Shown: positions 36,701 to 47,700 of the stretch, piece by piece
How the letters are laid out: each line of letters opens with the position of its first letter
Numbering within the stretch: the stretch's first letter is position 1
IMG/VR virus record: IMGVR_UViG_3300009158_000046
Span: 8,978-72,977 of that record
Strand: one strand, 5' to 3'
Length of the DNA stretch: 64,000 nucleotides
Source: a virus
Translations under genes and position numbers: made by a program
The notes under the pieces: generated by a model
The model's database searches: none
Seen by the model: the letters and a program-made list of their open reading frames with translations, nothing else
What the model was told of the DNA's origin: nothing

Positions 36701-39484
36701 GTTGAAGCAGTAACAAAAGAACTGAACACCTACACCGACGAGTTGAAGAAGTCTGGAGTTAACGAAGAGGTCATTCGACGTGCATTCGATGCCTTGACTG
36801 CACAGCTCAAGGCCCTTGCCGATGGCGTTACTGGAGCTATCGACCTCAAGAAGACGGAAATCAGTGAAGGTTTGCTTGCCAATCGTCAGCAGAAGTCCAG
36901 GCTGGACCGTGAGCTGCAGCAGAATATGCGGATTCTGCAGACCACGACAGACAAGGCAATTTTCGATGCCGTCGATCAGCGAATTCAGCAGATCCTGAAA
37001 GAGATGGCTGCCAACTCCGCATCGACCCTCAGGTTCGAGATGGGGCTTCCCCGCAAGCTCAGCGCTGAGCAAGAGCTGGCGGTGCAGGAAAACGCGGATG
37101 CCTCGATCCGCCGTGAACTAGACTATCTGGAAAAGCGCAACGAGATCGAGAAGCGCCGCATCGATCAGTCCCTCGCTGCTGAAGACCGGATGCTGGCCGC
37201 TCAGCGTGCCGAGATCGATAAGCAGATAGCGTCGATGCAGAAGGAGCTGAACGACCCGCGCACGACCGAGGAAAAGGCCAAGAAGCTCAAGAGCGCGATC
37301 GAGGCGTTGATCGAGAAGGGCATCCAGATCCTGGAGCGCCAAGGTGAGATCGACGTTCGCCGAAGCGTGTCGAAAACCCCCGAAGGCTACAACCTCGTGC
37401 CCGGCGTGATCGACAAAGGCACGGTTGCCGGACAGATCGTCGATGCGCTTCGTGGCCTGCGCCGTGAAGACCTAGCCGGAGTTGCGCTGGGCTTTGGAGC
37501 TGCCGAAAGCGGCTTTGACCCCAGCGCACGCAACAAAAGCGGAGCGACGGGTCTTTTCCAGTTCATGCCCCAGACATGGGATCGGTTCGGACGTGGTGGA
37601 AACATCAACAAGGTCGAGGATCAGGTCCGGGCCTTTGTCGAGTACGTCGACATTCTCGGCAAGGTCTTTACCGACAAGACCGGAAGGATAGCCACGCCTC
37701 GTGAGCTTTACGCCCTGTGGCAGCAGGGGGAAGGCGGAGCTGGTCGCCTCTTTTCTGCGAACCCGAATGCCAGTGCGTTCGAGACCCTCGCTCCAGCCTA
37801 TCGGGATCGCAACACTGCGGCCAAGGCCATCACCGGCAACGGTGGCACTCTCGACATGACGGTCTCTCAGTTCCTCGAAGTGGTCATGGGTCACTTCGAC
37901 AAGTCGGTTGCGAAAAACGGCGGCAAGATCGTCAAGACGACAAACGATGTCGCCACTGAAGAGGCTCGTGCTCGTACCGAAGCTGGTCGAACCGGCTACG
38001 GCCAGAAGGCGGCAGACGCTGAGAAAGGTGTGTCTGACAAGATCTGGGAAAATCTGAAGAAAAAAGCTTCTGAGGAAGACAAGGTCGACATGCGAAACAT
38101 CGAGAGCAAGCGCAAGCTGCTCTCCCAGTCGTTCGACCCTGGCGAGGCTCAGAAGACTCTCAAGGAGATCCTTGATCTCTATAAGCAGATGGCTGAACGC
38201 GCCGTCGAGACCCTGAAAAAGAGCCCCGAGTTTCAGGGTCTTTCTGCAGACCAGCAGAAGGAACGCATCAGTGAGATCCGCTCCAAGTACCGCGAGATGG
38301 CGGAGAGAGAAGCCCTTGGTGGAGCGGCAACGGCGGGAAAGACTGTCTCAACCAAGGACAAGCAGGAACTCGATCGGCTGAAGAAGCAGAAAGAGCTGAT
38401 GGATGAAAATCGCTCCGGCTATTCGGCCGAGGAGTACCGGTCTGTCGAGAAGGCTTTGGAAGCACAGCAAAAGAAGGTCGATTTCGCTGATCGTGAGTTG
38501 AAGCTCACCCAGGAGTTGGCGACCGTCAACCAGACGATCAAGCAGATCACGGAAAGCGGTCTCGGCACGGAAAGGGAGCTGACTGATTTGACAGCTCGAA
38601 AGGCCGCGCTGGAACGTGAAGTCGGAGAGGCCAAAAAGACGTCTGCAATCGTCTCTGACTCTGAGGCCCGGAAGGCAAGCGGCGGCAACATCGGCAATGC
38701 CCTTTCCGCAGGAGCGGACAAGTTCTTCAAGGGCAACGGCATGAAGACTGCCACTGGCGAATGGAAGTCCATGACCGAGCAGATGTCCGACATGTGGGGA
38801 CAGGCCCTGGGTTCGATGGACAGCTCTTTGTCCACGCTGTTCGTGAACCTCGCCAGCGGCACCATGAAGGCCAAGGACGCCTTCAAGCAGTTCGCCATGT
38901 CGGTCATCCAGGACATGATGAAGATCGTGTCCCAGGCCCTCTCCAAGCAGATCCTGGCGGCACTCTTCGGTGGAGCTGACAGCAAGGGCAATTCGATCTT
39001 CGGTAGCCTTGGAAACCTTTTTGGTGGTGGCGGTGGTGAAGCTGCGGCTGAAGGCGGTGGCGGGTTCTTCAGCGGGATTGGGAGCTGGTTCTCTGGCCTC
39101 TTTTCCTACAACGGCGGAGCAATGCGCTTTGCCGGAGGCGGCATGATTCCCCACTACGCCGGAGGGGGAGCAGCGTCGAACCGGGATAGCCAAATGATCA
39201 TGGCTCAGCCGGGTGAGTACATGGTCCGCAAGACCGCTGTCGACGCCGTGGGTCGCGACACGTTGGATCAGATCAACAACCTCGGCCCCAACAAGGTGTC
39301 GAAACCCGGCCCGATGCCGCAGCCGAAGCAGCCAAAGCCGAGCAACGTCAACGTCTGGGTGGTGTCGCCTGAGCAGGTTCCGCCGCCCAGTCCCCGCGAC
39401 ATCATCGCCACCGTCGCCCAGGACATTCAGAACCGGGGCACCATTCGCCAGCTCGTCAAGCAGGTTTCAGTGGGTCACGTTTGA
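33770..39484 (+). CDS. Tape measure protein with lytic transglycosylase (SLT) domain
   Basis: 1904 aa, helical; tape-measure core; AESGFDPSARNKSGATGLFQFMPQTW; C-terminal GG...GEY motif. Confidence 0.92.
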   Translation: MADDIEIGIGADATSAVSGINKMVQGLNDAVRAAGRLEQVYRSISAQAARGNEDAIARLKDLRDQIKLESEALQVRKSKVMQTESVRGRGRTLADDSLADFTVQAYTKGFNVNNKQIEARIRQAASKAAERLVTATAEALEAQLNSTKIATYAKQLRNSTPEARNASIIQIQDRESRRVQQYGGYSSLAEYQAAKDAERNARYLERVRTATLAKQDAEYNRAAAARMREEARVNQQEEKGSFSNQSLRKGELLRDRADRFFDYGGLGAAVLAVTSMTKNLLDLDDAMLRFQAITQTSNLEMVTFKKNILEMGQSSRYSIKDLTEAAITLGQTGLSGSAVTTALAPIVQLATASGSNIGQSVEVVTAAMGAYNMEASRAGEVANTMTAALNLTKLTMQQLSLGIQYAANVARESDISFTELTAVIGGLAQAGIRSGSTLGTGTRQLIQELSAPGDKLKNILKELNIQLGDIDIRGNTFTGVLENLRSKGFGTAEALRALDLRAASAFSALAGQTDTVKRLQESLLLTNAAAEGSATANQSLSASFTRLNNTMVGLADKAFGPVMTAMKGATDGANALFSALGSSESVNKIVAFGASAAVGAIAISQLARGMSVLSAAIFGLGTAGTALAFVNTGLAAIATNPLVVGGGLAAVGLAAVLLSGSSAAEKLAERLDRVKKSLNDLQSSQIQTQASLQTLETMLDSIIRRRDKLNEDPLLRRTAIIEAQKAFEQWGLTVDATSTSVDSLIKALQSLRGVMQEDMTRNLSQQLIDLEIKFKLLKQQMAEDKVGTVKNLFSAAGGNMFSGDRRTFLSSQFGRLGVTNGEDIMNFMMQNPDNMNIGDVRGTSNKYFTSLRDELDRVKGNIRNIERKDVIDAPTQAELDRLRQAEVLITALIKELGDFVSRATNLQGNIRQREEASLAGRASTIQDGATYKGLIARRDELFGQVTSGERVILSNENLSAGQKANAIRDLRASVAQEVEAVTKELNTYTDELKKSGVNEEVIRRAFDALTAQLKALADGVTGAIDLKKTEISEGLLANRQQKSRLDRELQQNMRILQTTTDKAIFDAVDQRIQQILKEMAANSASTLRFEMGLPRKLSAEQELAVQENADASIRRELDYLEKRNEIEKRRIDQSLAAEDRMLAAQRAEIDKQIASMQKELNDPRTTEEKAKKLKSAIEALIEKGIQILERQGEIDVRRSVSKTPEGYNLVPGVIDKGTVAGQIVDALRGLRREDLAGVALGFGAAESGFDPSARNKSGATGLFQFMPQTWDRFGRGGNINKVEDQVRAFVEYVDILGKVFTDKTGRIATPRELYALWQQGEGGAGRLFSANPNASAFETLAPAYRDRNTAAKAITGNGGTLDMTVSQFLEVVMGHFDKSVAKNGGKIVKTTNDVATEEARARTEAGRTGYGQKAADAEKGVSDKIWENLKKKASEEDKVDMRNIESKRKLLSQSFDPGEAQKTLKEILDLYKQMAERAVETLKKSPEFQGLSADQQKERISEIRSKYREMAEREALGGAATAGKTVSTKDKQELDRLKKQKELMDENRSGYSAEEYRSVEKALEAQQKKVDFADRELKLTQELATVNQTIKQITESGLGTERELTDLTARKAALEREVGEAKKTSAIVSDSEARKASGGNIGNALSAGADKFFKGNGMKTATGEWKSMTEQMSDMWGQALGSMDSSLSTLFVNLASGTMKAKDAFKQFAMSVIQDMMKIVSQALSKQILAALFGGADSKGNSIFGSLGNLFGGGGGEAAAEGGGGFFSGIGSWFSGLFSYNGGAMRFAGGGMIPHYAGGGAASNRDSQMIMAQPGEYMVRKTAVDAVGRDTLDQINNLGPNKVSKPGPMPQPKQPKPSNVNVWVVSPEQVPPPSPRDIIATVAQDIQNRGTIRQLVKQVSVGHV

Positions 39485-39894
39485 TGCCGAATTTTGATTT
39501 TCCCTACCACAAGGTCACGGATGAATACCCGGAGAGCAGCATCATTCTGCGCTTCGGTCGTGGCTACCAGTTTGCATCGAAGCCGCGTGGGCCTGACCAG
39601 CTCATTTTCCATCTCGAATTCCCGGTGATGTACTGGTACTTCAACGGCACAACAATAGATCGCACTGTCAAACCTCAATTCAACTTTGCATTCTTGCAGG
39701 ACTTTTATGAGTCAGTGAGGATGTACGACACGTTCACCTACACCCACCCATCCCGTGGGGTGCAGACCGTGCGGTTCCAGAAACCACTTCCGCCGGTCAA
39801 AGGGATCAGCAACGCGGTGATCTACGAGCCAACGATCTCCCGCACCCGGCACGCCATTGACGCCTTCAACATCGATCTGATCCAGCAGCCATGA
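39484..39894 (+). CDS. Minor tail protein, lambda gpM-like
   Basis: RFGRGYQ and TFTYTHP; follows the tape measure gene. Confidence 0.65.
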   Translation: MPNFDFPYHKVTDEYPESSIILRFGRGYQFASKPRGPDQLIFHLEFPVMYWYFNGTTIDRTVKPQFNFAFLQDFYESVRMYDTFTYTHPSRGVQTVRFQKPLPPVKGISNAVIYEPTISRTRHAIDAFNIDLIQQP

Positions 39895-40382
39895 CAGCTC
39901 CCAACGCACAGCTTGTTGAAGCCCAGAAGCTCACCTCAGACGCTCTTGTCGACCTGTTCGAGGTGTTCCTGGTGGGCGCTCCGAATGGGACCTACGTGCG
40001 GTTCACGAACGGCAAGAGCGTGACGTGGCAGAGCAAGACCTACGAGGCGCTGGGTTGCAAGTTCTCGACCGTCAGCCGCACTGCGGAGCCAGAGCGCAGC
40101 CGCCCGACACTCACCGTGATCAACCCCTTGGGCATCTTCAACAGCTATGCCTTCAAGGGGTATTTCGAGCAGGCGACGGTGATCCGAAAGCGCGTGCTGT
40201 TGCAGCACATCACCAGCAACACAGCTTTGAGTGACGACACCTATTTCTACATTTCCAAAGTCAAGGAAATGATCGCCGACCAGTCGGTCTCGTTCGAGCT
40301 TAGAGCCCTCAGCGACGGTCCGGACCTGATGATCCCGGCTCGTGTTTTCATTCCGCCAGACTTTCCGTTTGTCACTCTCTAG
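39891..40382 (+). CDS. Minor tail protein, lambda gpL-like (short)
   Basis: VTWQSKTYEA, RPTLTV, VSFEL and IPARV motifs. Confidence 0.7.
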   Translation: MTAPNAQLVEAQKLTSDALVDLFEVFLVGAPNGTYVRFTNGKSVTWQSKTYEALGCKFSTVSRTAEPERSRPTLTVINPLGIFNSYAFKGYFEQATVIRKRVLLQHITSNTALSDDTYFYISKVKEMIADQSVSFELRALSDGPDLMIPARVFIPPDFPFVTL

Positions 40383-40398
40383 GTTGAAAGCTTTCAAC
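40383..40398. promoter_or_regulatory. Palindromic operator-like site between stop and ATG
   Basis: TAG-GTTGAAAGCTTTCAAC-G-ATG. Confidence 0.75.
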
Positions 40399-40399
40399 G

Positions 40400-40885
40400 A
40401 TGCTGAAGTACGATCACCTTCTTGGACGTCCTTTCAAGCATGGAAGCAAGGACTGCTACGGATTGATACGCGACTTCTATCTCGACAATTTCGGGATCCC
40501 GCTTCGCAACTATGCCCGACCCGACGACCACTGGGACAATGGTCTGAACCTCTACATGGAGTTGTTTCATGCCGAGGGGTTCCGCCCTCTCGACTGCCTT
40601 CCCATGTTCTGGAGGCCGGGAGACGCGCTGCTGATGGCCATCCGGTCGTCTGTTGCAAATCATGCGGCAGTCATTGTCGAGGACGGCCTGATCCTGCACC
40701 ACCTCTACGGTGGACTGTCGCGGGCCGAGCCCTACAGGGGCTTCTTTCGCGACACGACAGTGGCGGTGCTTCGGCACAAGGACGTGACCTACGAACCCGA
40801 AGAAAAGACCCTCGACCTGCTGGAGAGCCTGCCAGATGCTTTGCGACGTAAACTTGCTGACTTCCTTCCTGACCGGGGAGAATGA
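40400..40885 (+). CDS. NlpC/P60 tail tip protein (gpK C-terminal half-like)
   Basis: GRPFKHGSKDCYGL, NHAAV and ILHH. Confidence 0.85.
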   Translation: MLKYDHLLGRPFKHGSKDCYGLIRDFYLDNFGIPLRNYARPDDHWDNGLNLYMELFHAEGFRPLDCLPMFWRPGDALLMAIRSSVANHAAVIVEDGLILHHLYGGLSRAEPYRGFFRDTTVAVLRHKDVTYEPEEKTLDLLESLPDALRRKLADFLPDRGE

Positions 40886-41219
40886 GCGCGTTGGCCTCGT
40901 GCTCAAGGACGGCACGGTCGTCGAGCTGGAGAACATCTGCCACGACCCAAAGAATGGTTTCGAGGTCGATGCCGCCGAACTCGTCAAATACTACAGTGAC
41001 GCTGTGGCAACATGGCATACACATCCTGATGCCACATCCAATCTCTCTGTGGGGGATTTGCAAAGCTATCTGAACTATCCGGAGTTGACGCACTACTTAG
41101 TTGGAACAGACGGCGTTGCGACGTATTTCGTCGAGAATGGCCGCGTTCTGAGGGCCGAGGATGCTGCGTCGGATCCACCTGCACGGATCGCTCAAGAAGA
41201 TCCATCCCGAAGTCATTGA
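40836..41219 (+). CDS. JAB/MPN-domain tail protein (gpK N-terminal half-like)
   Basis: ERVGL and WHTHP...LSVGD JAMM motif. Confidence 0.8.
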   Translation: MLCDVNLLTSFLTGENERVGLVLKDGTVVELENICHDPKNGFEVDAAELVKYYSDAVATWHTHPDATSNLSVGDLQSYLNYPELTHYLVGTDGVATYFVENGRVLRAEDAASDPPARIAQEDPSRSH

Positions 41220-41715
41220 GGTTGAGGCTGACAACGTCGGAGAGGCTCTCCGCGTCGTCACCACACAGCTCCCCGGCTTCAAGCCCAACGCCATCGAGGG
41301 CTACAAACGCATCCAGGTTGCCGGTTGCCGCACCGTCGAGGACTTGTTCTCCGAGACGGACATGGTGGACATCCACGTCTTCCCGCAGCTCAACGGCGGC
41401 AAGAGCGGCGGCTTTATCCAGATCCTGCTTGGTGTCGTCCTGATCGCCGCCGCTTTCGCCATCGGCGCTGCTGGCTTCCTGGGTGGGCTGCTGCTCAAGG
41501 TCGGGGCGATGATGCTGCTGGGCGGCATCCTACAGCTCATCTCTGCACCGAAGCGGGACAAGGACGACAAGCAGCAGCAGAAGAGCCACTACCTCGGACC
41601 GCCGCAGAACACGGTCGAAATCGGAACCCGCATTCCGATCCTCTACGGCCGGAGGAAGGTCGGTGGCCACTACCTGTCCTTCAACGTGTCGGCTGTTGAG
41701 GGGAGCGTCGGCTAA
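41161..41715 (+). CDS. Tail assembly protein, lambda gpI-like
   Basis: IHLHGSL, Gly/Ala hydrophobic segment, IPILYGRRKVGG. Confidence 0.82.
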   Translation: MLRRIHLHGSLKKIHPEVIEVEADNVGEALRVVTTQLPGFKPNAIEGYKRIQVAGCRTVEDLFSETDMVDIHVFPQLNGGKSGGFIQILLGVVLIAAAFAIGAAGFLGGLLLKVGAMMLLGGILQLISAPKRDKDDKQQQKSHYLGPPQNTVEIGTRIPILYGRRKVGGHYLSFNVSAVEGSVG

Positions 41716-44700
41716 TGGGTCTCTTCGGCAGCTCCACCAAGCAGCAGCACACCCAGCCGGATACGCTGTTTTCCGACGACATCATGGAGGTCGTGCTGGC
41801 GGTCTCGGAGGGGCCGATCGTCGGTCTCGACACGCCAAGGGACTTCTTCATCAACGACACGCCGTTGGTGAATTCGAGCTACACGCCGAACATCGGCAAT
41901 TTCGATCTGCGAATTCACAAGGGCAACAACCCCGGCGAGGTTTTCAAGACGAACCTCGGCGGCGCTGGATCCACGGTCAACCTGAACGTCAACCTGGAGA
42001 CCAACCTTCCTGTCGTCGGTAGCGGAACCAAAAGGAACATCGATTTTCTGGAAGTCCGCATCGTCATTCAGCGGCTCTACGCAACCAACTCGCGTGGCGA
42101 GTGGCCGTGGTGGGCTGACTTCAAGGTTGAAGTCAAACCGCACTCCTCTGGGACGTGGGCGGCGGGAATTGACTTTTCGACCCCTCCCCCGGCGGTCACC
42201 ACGACGACCAACTACGTTCAATACACAGGCCAGAACCAGAACCCCGGAGAAGACTACAACGCCTATTATCGGCTGACGAAGATCGACTCGGCTGCCCCAT
42301 CAGCGCCGACCGACTTCTCGTTGATTTGGTTCAACAGCGCATCCAACTACACACCCAAGATCTGGAACGGGACGGCATGGGTCGCCCCTCCGGGCCTCGT
42401 GTACACCTACGTGGCCCTTCCAGATTACAGCTATTACACATGGAACGACGGCAATTACGTTCCCAATGGCAGTGGGGGCTATAACTTCGCCGCCACGGGT
42501 TCAACCGTCAAAGCCATCATCGGCTGGAATGGCGCTCCTCCGGTCTTCGGAAACCCCCAGGATCTGTGGGTCACTCCGTCGAATGTCTTGGATCAGACGT
42601 CCCCCACTGTCTATTCGTGGAACGGCTCGACCTGGGTCGACTACATGGATTGGGCAGAGATCCCATCCGCAAGCCCAGGCACGTTCTCGGTCTACGGAAA
42701 GACAACCTCAAACTATGTAAAAGAGTATCGGATCCCAGTTCCTCGGATCAACGATACCTTTGATGTACGAGTCACGAAGCTCAGCGCTCCCAACACGGGA
42801 AGCGAGTTTTCGGACATCATGTTTGAGAGCTTTCAGGAAGTCACCACTGATCCCCTGCAGTTTAACGATATTGCCATTGCTCATCTGACCGTTAGGGCTT
42901 CTGAGCAGTTCAGCTCCATTCCGACCTTCACGGGTATCTACAAGGGCCGCATGGTGCGGGTCCCTTCCAACTACAATCCTGTCACCAAGGTCTATACCGG
43001 CCTATGGGACGGCGTGACGTTCAACATCGCCTGGACCGACAACCCGGCCTGGATTGTCTACGACCTCGTCACGAACACCCGCTACGGCATGGCGGCGTAT
43101 TACACGGTCAACCTTGACCGGATGTCGATCTATGAGTTCGGCAAGCACTGCGACCTTCACGGCTTCACCTACAATGAGCTGATCCAGGAGCCCCGCAATC
43201 TCGTCGAAGCGATCGACTATGTCTGCGGCATCGCGGGCGGTCGCTTCATCGACCTTGGCAATGGCTACGCGACGATCCTGTTCGACGCTGACGATCAGGC
43301 TGCCGTGGCGCTCTTCACGCCGGAGAACGTCGTCGACGGTGTCTTCACCTACGGCTTCACGGACATCACCAGCCGCAAGAACGACATCACTGTCTCGTTC
43401 ATCAATCCTGATCTGAACTGGCGCGAAGATCGCCGTCGCATCTACGACCAAACGGTCATCAACACCTATGGTCGCAACCCCGAAGAGTTCATCGCTGTCG
43501 GATGCATCAGCGAGACTGAGGCCATCAAGCGTGGTCGCCTACGCCTCATCATGGCCCAGACGGAACGCGCGGTGGTCACCTTCAAGACCAACCGCCTGGG
43601 CCTTTACCTGAGGCCTTTCGACGTCATCCTGATTGCGGACGACGCCAGCGGGTTCGGCATTCATGGCCGAGTGAAGACGGTCAACTCGACGACGAGCCTG
43701 ACGCTGCGAGACTCCGTCTATTTCGAGGCGGGGTTTACTTACAAGATTTCATTCCAGGTGCCGGACGGAAACGGCAACAACCAGCTCGTCAAACACAATC
43801 TGGTCACCAGCTCGGGGTCGACAACCAGTCTCACACTGGCGACCCCTCTGACCGTCACGCTACCGACCAGCGCTGCGTTCTCGATTGAGTGCTCCACAAC
43901 GACGACAGGGACGCCGAAAGCGTTCCGTGTGACCTCCATTGAAGAGTCGGACGGTGATGCCGACGTGGTCACCGTTTCGGCCATGGAGGTCAACAGGACC
44001 AAGTGGGCCTACGTCGATGGCACCATCACAGTCATCAGTGTCGGAGATGGTGGACGCCCGACGCGCTTTGTCGACCCGCCCGCAAACCCGATTGCAGTGG
44101 GTCGATCGGTCTCTGCGACCCGCCAGGAAATTCACATCTCTTGGGATACCAGCCCGAACAGGTTCGTTCGCAGCTACAACCTCTATTGGTCGTTCAACAC
44201 CGGACAGACCGAACTTTTCGGAACAAGCCGGACGCCAGCCTACGTCATCGAGGACGCAAAGGAAGGCTTCTACAGCTTTGCCTTGACGGCTGTTTCGATC
44301 GACGGTGTGGAGTCCCCTCCTGTTTATTTTGAGCACCGCGTGCTGGGGATTTCCGGGACGAGCCGAGCTGTCGCTCCTCCCTCTTTCATCCAGCTCACGA
44401 ACGGCAGCAGCGCCACCGAATTCAGAGGGCGCGAGCCCTCAATCTCGTGGGGCAACAGCGGAGATCCGTTCTTTCTGAATTTCAACGTCAGGGTCTTGCA
44501 CCCGTCGACGTCGGTGACGTTGCGCGAGTTCAACACGCGCGGCAACACCTACACCTACCCCTATCTGGACAACCAGACTGACTTTGGAGGAACGGCTTCA
44601 AGGTCGATGATCTTTGAGGTTCGAGCGCTCGACTCGACAGGCATGTATTCCATGCCAGTTCGGCTGACCGCGTCGAACCCTTCTCCCGGCCTCGTATCGC

Positions 44701-47700
44701 CGTCCATTGTCTCCAACACCAATGGCATCACGATTTCGTTCAGCGCACCGGCTGATGCCGATGTCTTGGGATCGGTGATTTGGTGCTCTACCACAAACGG
44801 TTTCAATCCTCTCACCACTACCCCTGATTACGAAGGCCCAAACACCTCGGTCTTTTTGGATAAGGCTGCTGGAACCTACTACATCCGTGTCGGATGCTAT
44901 GACGCATTCGGCCGGACAGGCATGAACATCACCTCTCAAGTGACAATCGGAGTGTCCGATGAGGTCGATCTCACGCCTCCAGCCACACCCACTGGCCTGA
45001 CGCTGACGCCCTCCACGGTTGTGAAGGCTGATGGCACGCTCGACAGCGTCATCACTCTCACCTGGACGGCAAACAATGAGCCCGATCTTGCTGGCTACCT
45101 GATCCAGATCAAGGAAGGGGCAAGTGGTAATTTCATCGAGTTCGATACCTCTTTGACGAGGTATGAATTCCACAACCTGACGCCTGCAGTTTCCTACACC
45201 GCAAAGATCGCGGCATTTGACAAGGTCAATAACAAATCGTCGTTCACAACCACTGTGTCGGCCACGGCGGGCTTGAACACCACCCCACCGGGGTCGGCCA
45301 CCGCTTTCAGTGCGACGTCGTCGCTGCAGACCAACTTCCTCACCTGGACCAATCCGACCAATTCGGATCTGGCATATGTGGAAGTCTGGATGGCCACGAC
45401 GAACAACCGGGCATCTGCGGCCATTGTCGCAAAGGTCAATGGCACGTCGTTCACCCACTCTGGCCTGACGACGAACCAGAGCTATTTCTACTGGCTACGG
45501 CCGGTCAACACGTCGGGAACGGTTGCGGCTGCCTATACCCCAACCTCGGCAACTGGTGGTCTATCGGCAACGCCGGGCACCTTGTCCGGAGTGGAATTCA
45601 ACACCTCGCTCCGTCCGGTAGAGTCCGTCAGCGCACTCCCCACAACAGGGAACTTCGATGGTCGCATCGCCTATCTGACCACTGACAAGAAGATCTATCG
45701 CTACAACGGCACCACGTGGGTCTCGACCGTCCCGACGACGGACCTGACAGGCTTTGTCGCCAACACTCAAATCAATGATCGAACCATCAGCGGCACCAAA
45801 CTTGTCACTGGAGCGATCACCTCTGCGGAAATGCTGGCTGGTGCGGTCACGGCATCAAAGATTGCCGCATCGACCATTCATAGCCTGCTGCCAAATCCGA
45901 CATTTGAAGATGGGGTTATGTACCCCTGGACCACTGCCTTTGGCACCAACTATGTCGAGGCAGCGACAGACAATGCCTCGGGCCTCTACCGTATGGTTCT
46001 GCAAAGAACTTACGACATTGGCGGTGGACAGCTTGCGGCATATGTCTATGCGAACGCATTTTCAGTAACTGCTGGAGATGTTCTTCAAGCAGAGTTCCGC
46101 ATCAAAGGAACGTCCAATTCCTCCGGCGGTGCTTATCTGCGCCTTACTTGGCTTGACAGTGCCAAGTCTAATGTCGGTTACAGCGACGCAGTTTCAAGCG
46201 GTGCCTTTACAACCACTTGGACCGTATATGGTGGGCAGGTAACAGTACCGGCCAACGCTCGATATGCTTCGGTTGAGATCTACCACTACGTCCAGTCCAG
46301 CAGCACTTACATGCTTGTGGATCAGGTGGTTGTTCGACCCACCTTTGGTGCAAATGCCATTGGCAATTCTGCCATTTCAACGGCCAAGATCCAGGACAGC
46401 GCCATCACGGCTGCCCAGATTGCTTCAGCAGCAATCTCCACGGCAAAGATCCAGGACAGCGCCATCACTCCGGCCCAGATTGCGGCTGGAGCCATTACGT
46501 CGGTTAAGCTTGTCGACTCGGCAGTTACAAACGCCAAACTGGCAGATAGCACCGTCAGTACGGCCAAGATCATCGATGCTGCAATCACAAATGCCAAAAT
46601 TGCAGATAATACAATCAACACCAAAAAACTTATTATTGCCGATTTTGAAAATCTTGTTGAAAATCCGCATTTTGGAGATGGTGACGTTGGTTGGGTTCGC
46701 GGTACTGGCGTCACTATTGTAAATGACTCCGCCAATGCTTTTACTGGTAATTGGTTACTCAAAATTGGTATTGGAGCAACAGGCATTGCGGTAAGAAATG
46801 AACTTATTTTCCCTGTTGTTTCCGGCCAGGAATTTTATGTTGAAGCTAGGGCAAAATGTGTCGGTGCGGATGTCGGTATTAATCTTCGTATTCGATTTTT
46901 AGCTGCCGACAAATCCTCATTTGTTGCTGCTTCTGGGGTGGCCTTTTACACAACAGATACGTCTTATATTTTACGGTCTGCCACTATTACAACTCCAGCC
47001 GGGGCAATATACGCTTGGGTAGATTTTAATCCCATAGGTACTATAACAACTGGACGTTGGGACGTTGGCTATGTTCGCTGTCAAAGGCGCAATGCCAGTG
47101 AACTGATAGTTGATGGCGCAATCACAGCGTCCAAAATTCAGGCTGCCTCTATCACGGGCGACCGTCTTGTCGCGAACACCATCACTGCTGGTCAGATCGC
47201 CACCAACGCCGTCACGGCTGACAAGATCGCCGCAAACTCGGTGAGTGCCGACAAGATCGCGGCAAACACGATCACCGCTGGTCAGCTTGCTGCCAACGCC
47301 GTCACGGCCGACAAGATTGCCGCAAACTCGATCACTGCCACCAAACTGGTGTTGGTCGACAACACCATTCTCGGGCCTGATCCTGGTTTCTACGATCTGG
47401 CTTGGTGGTCTCTTTCTGGAATTTCCGGCTATAACGCTTATTCCGGCAGTACATCTCCGCAACCTCAGCGATTTTTGGGTGTCACTCGTTTAGGTGACAG
47501 CGACTACATCAGTAACACTTTTCAGATTGAACAGGGAGCTTACTACCGACTTAAACTTCGCATCTGGATTAGCACAGACGCAGCCGGGTGGATTGGACTT
47601 GCAGTTCATATTCCGTGGACTGCCTGGGCTATTCCCTATCCTTATTCTTTTTTGGCAAGCGTGGACTCAAGCGGCTATCCCCTGATTAATTTGTCGACAA

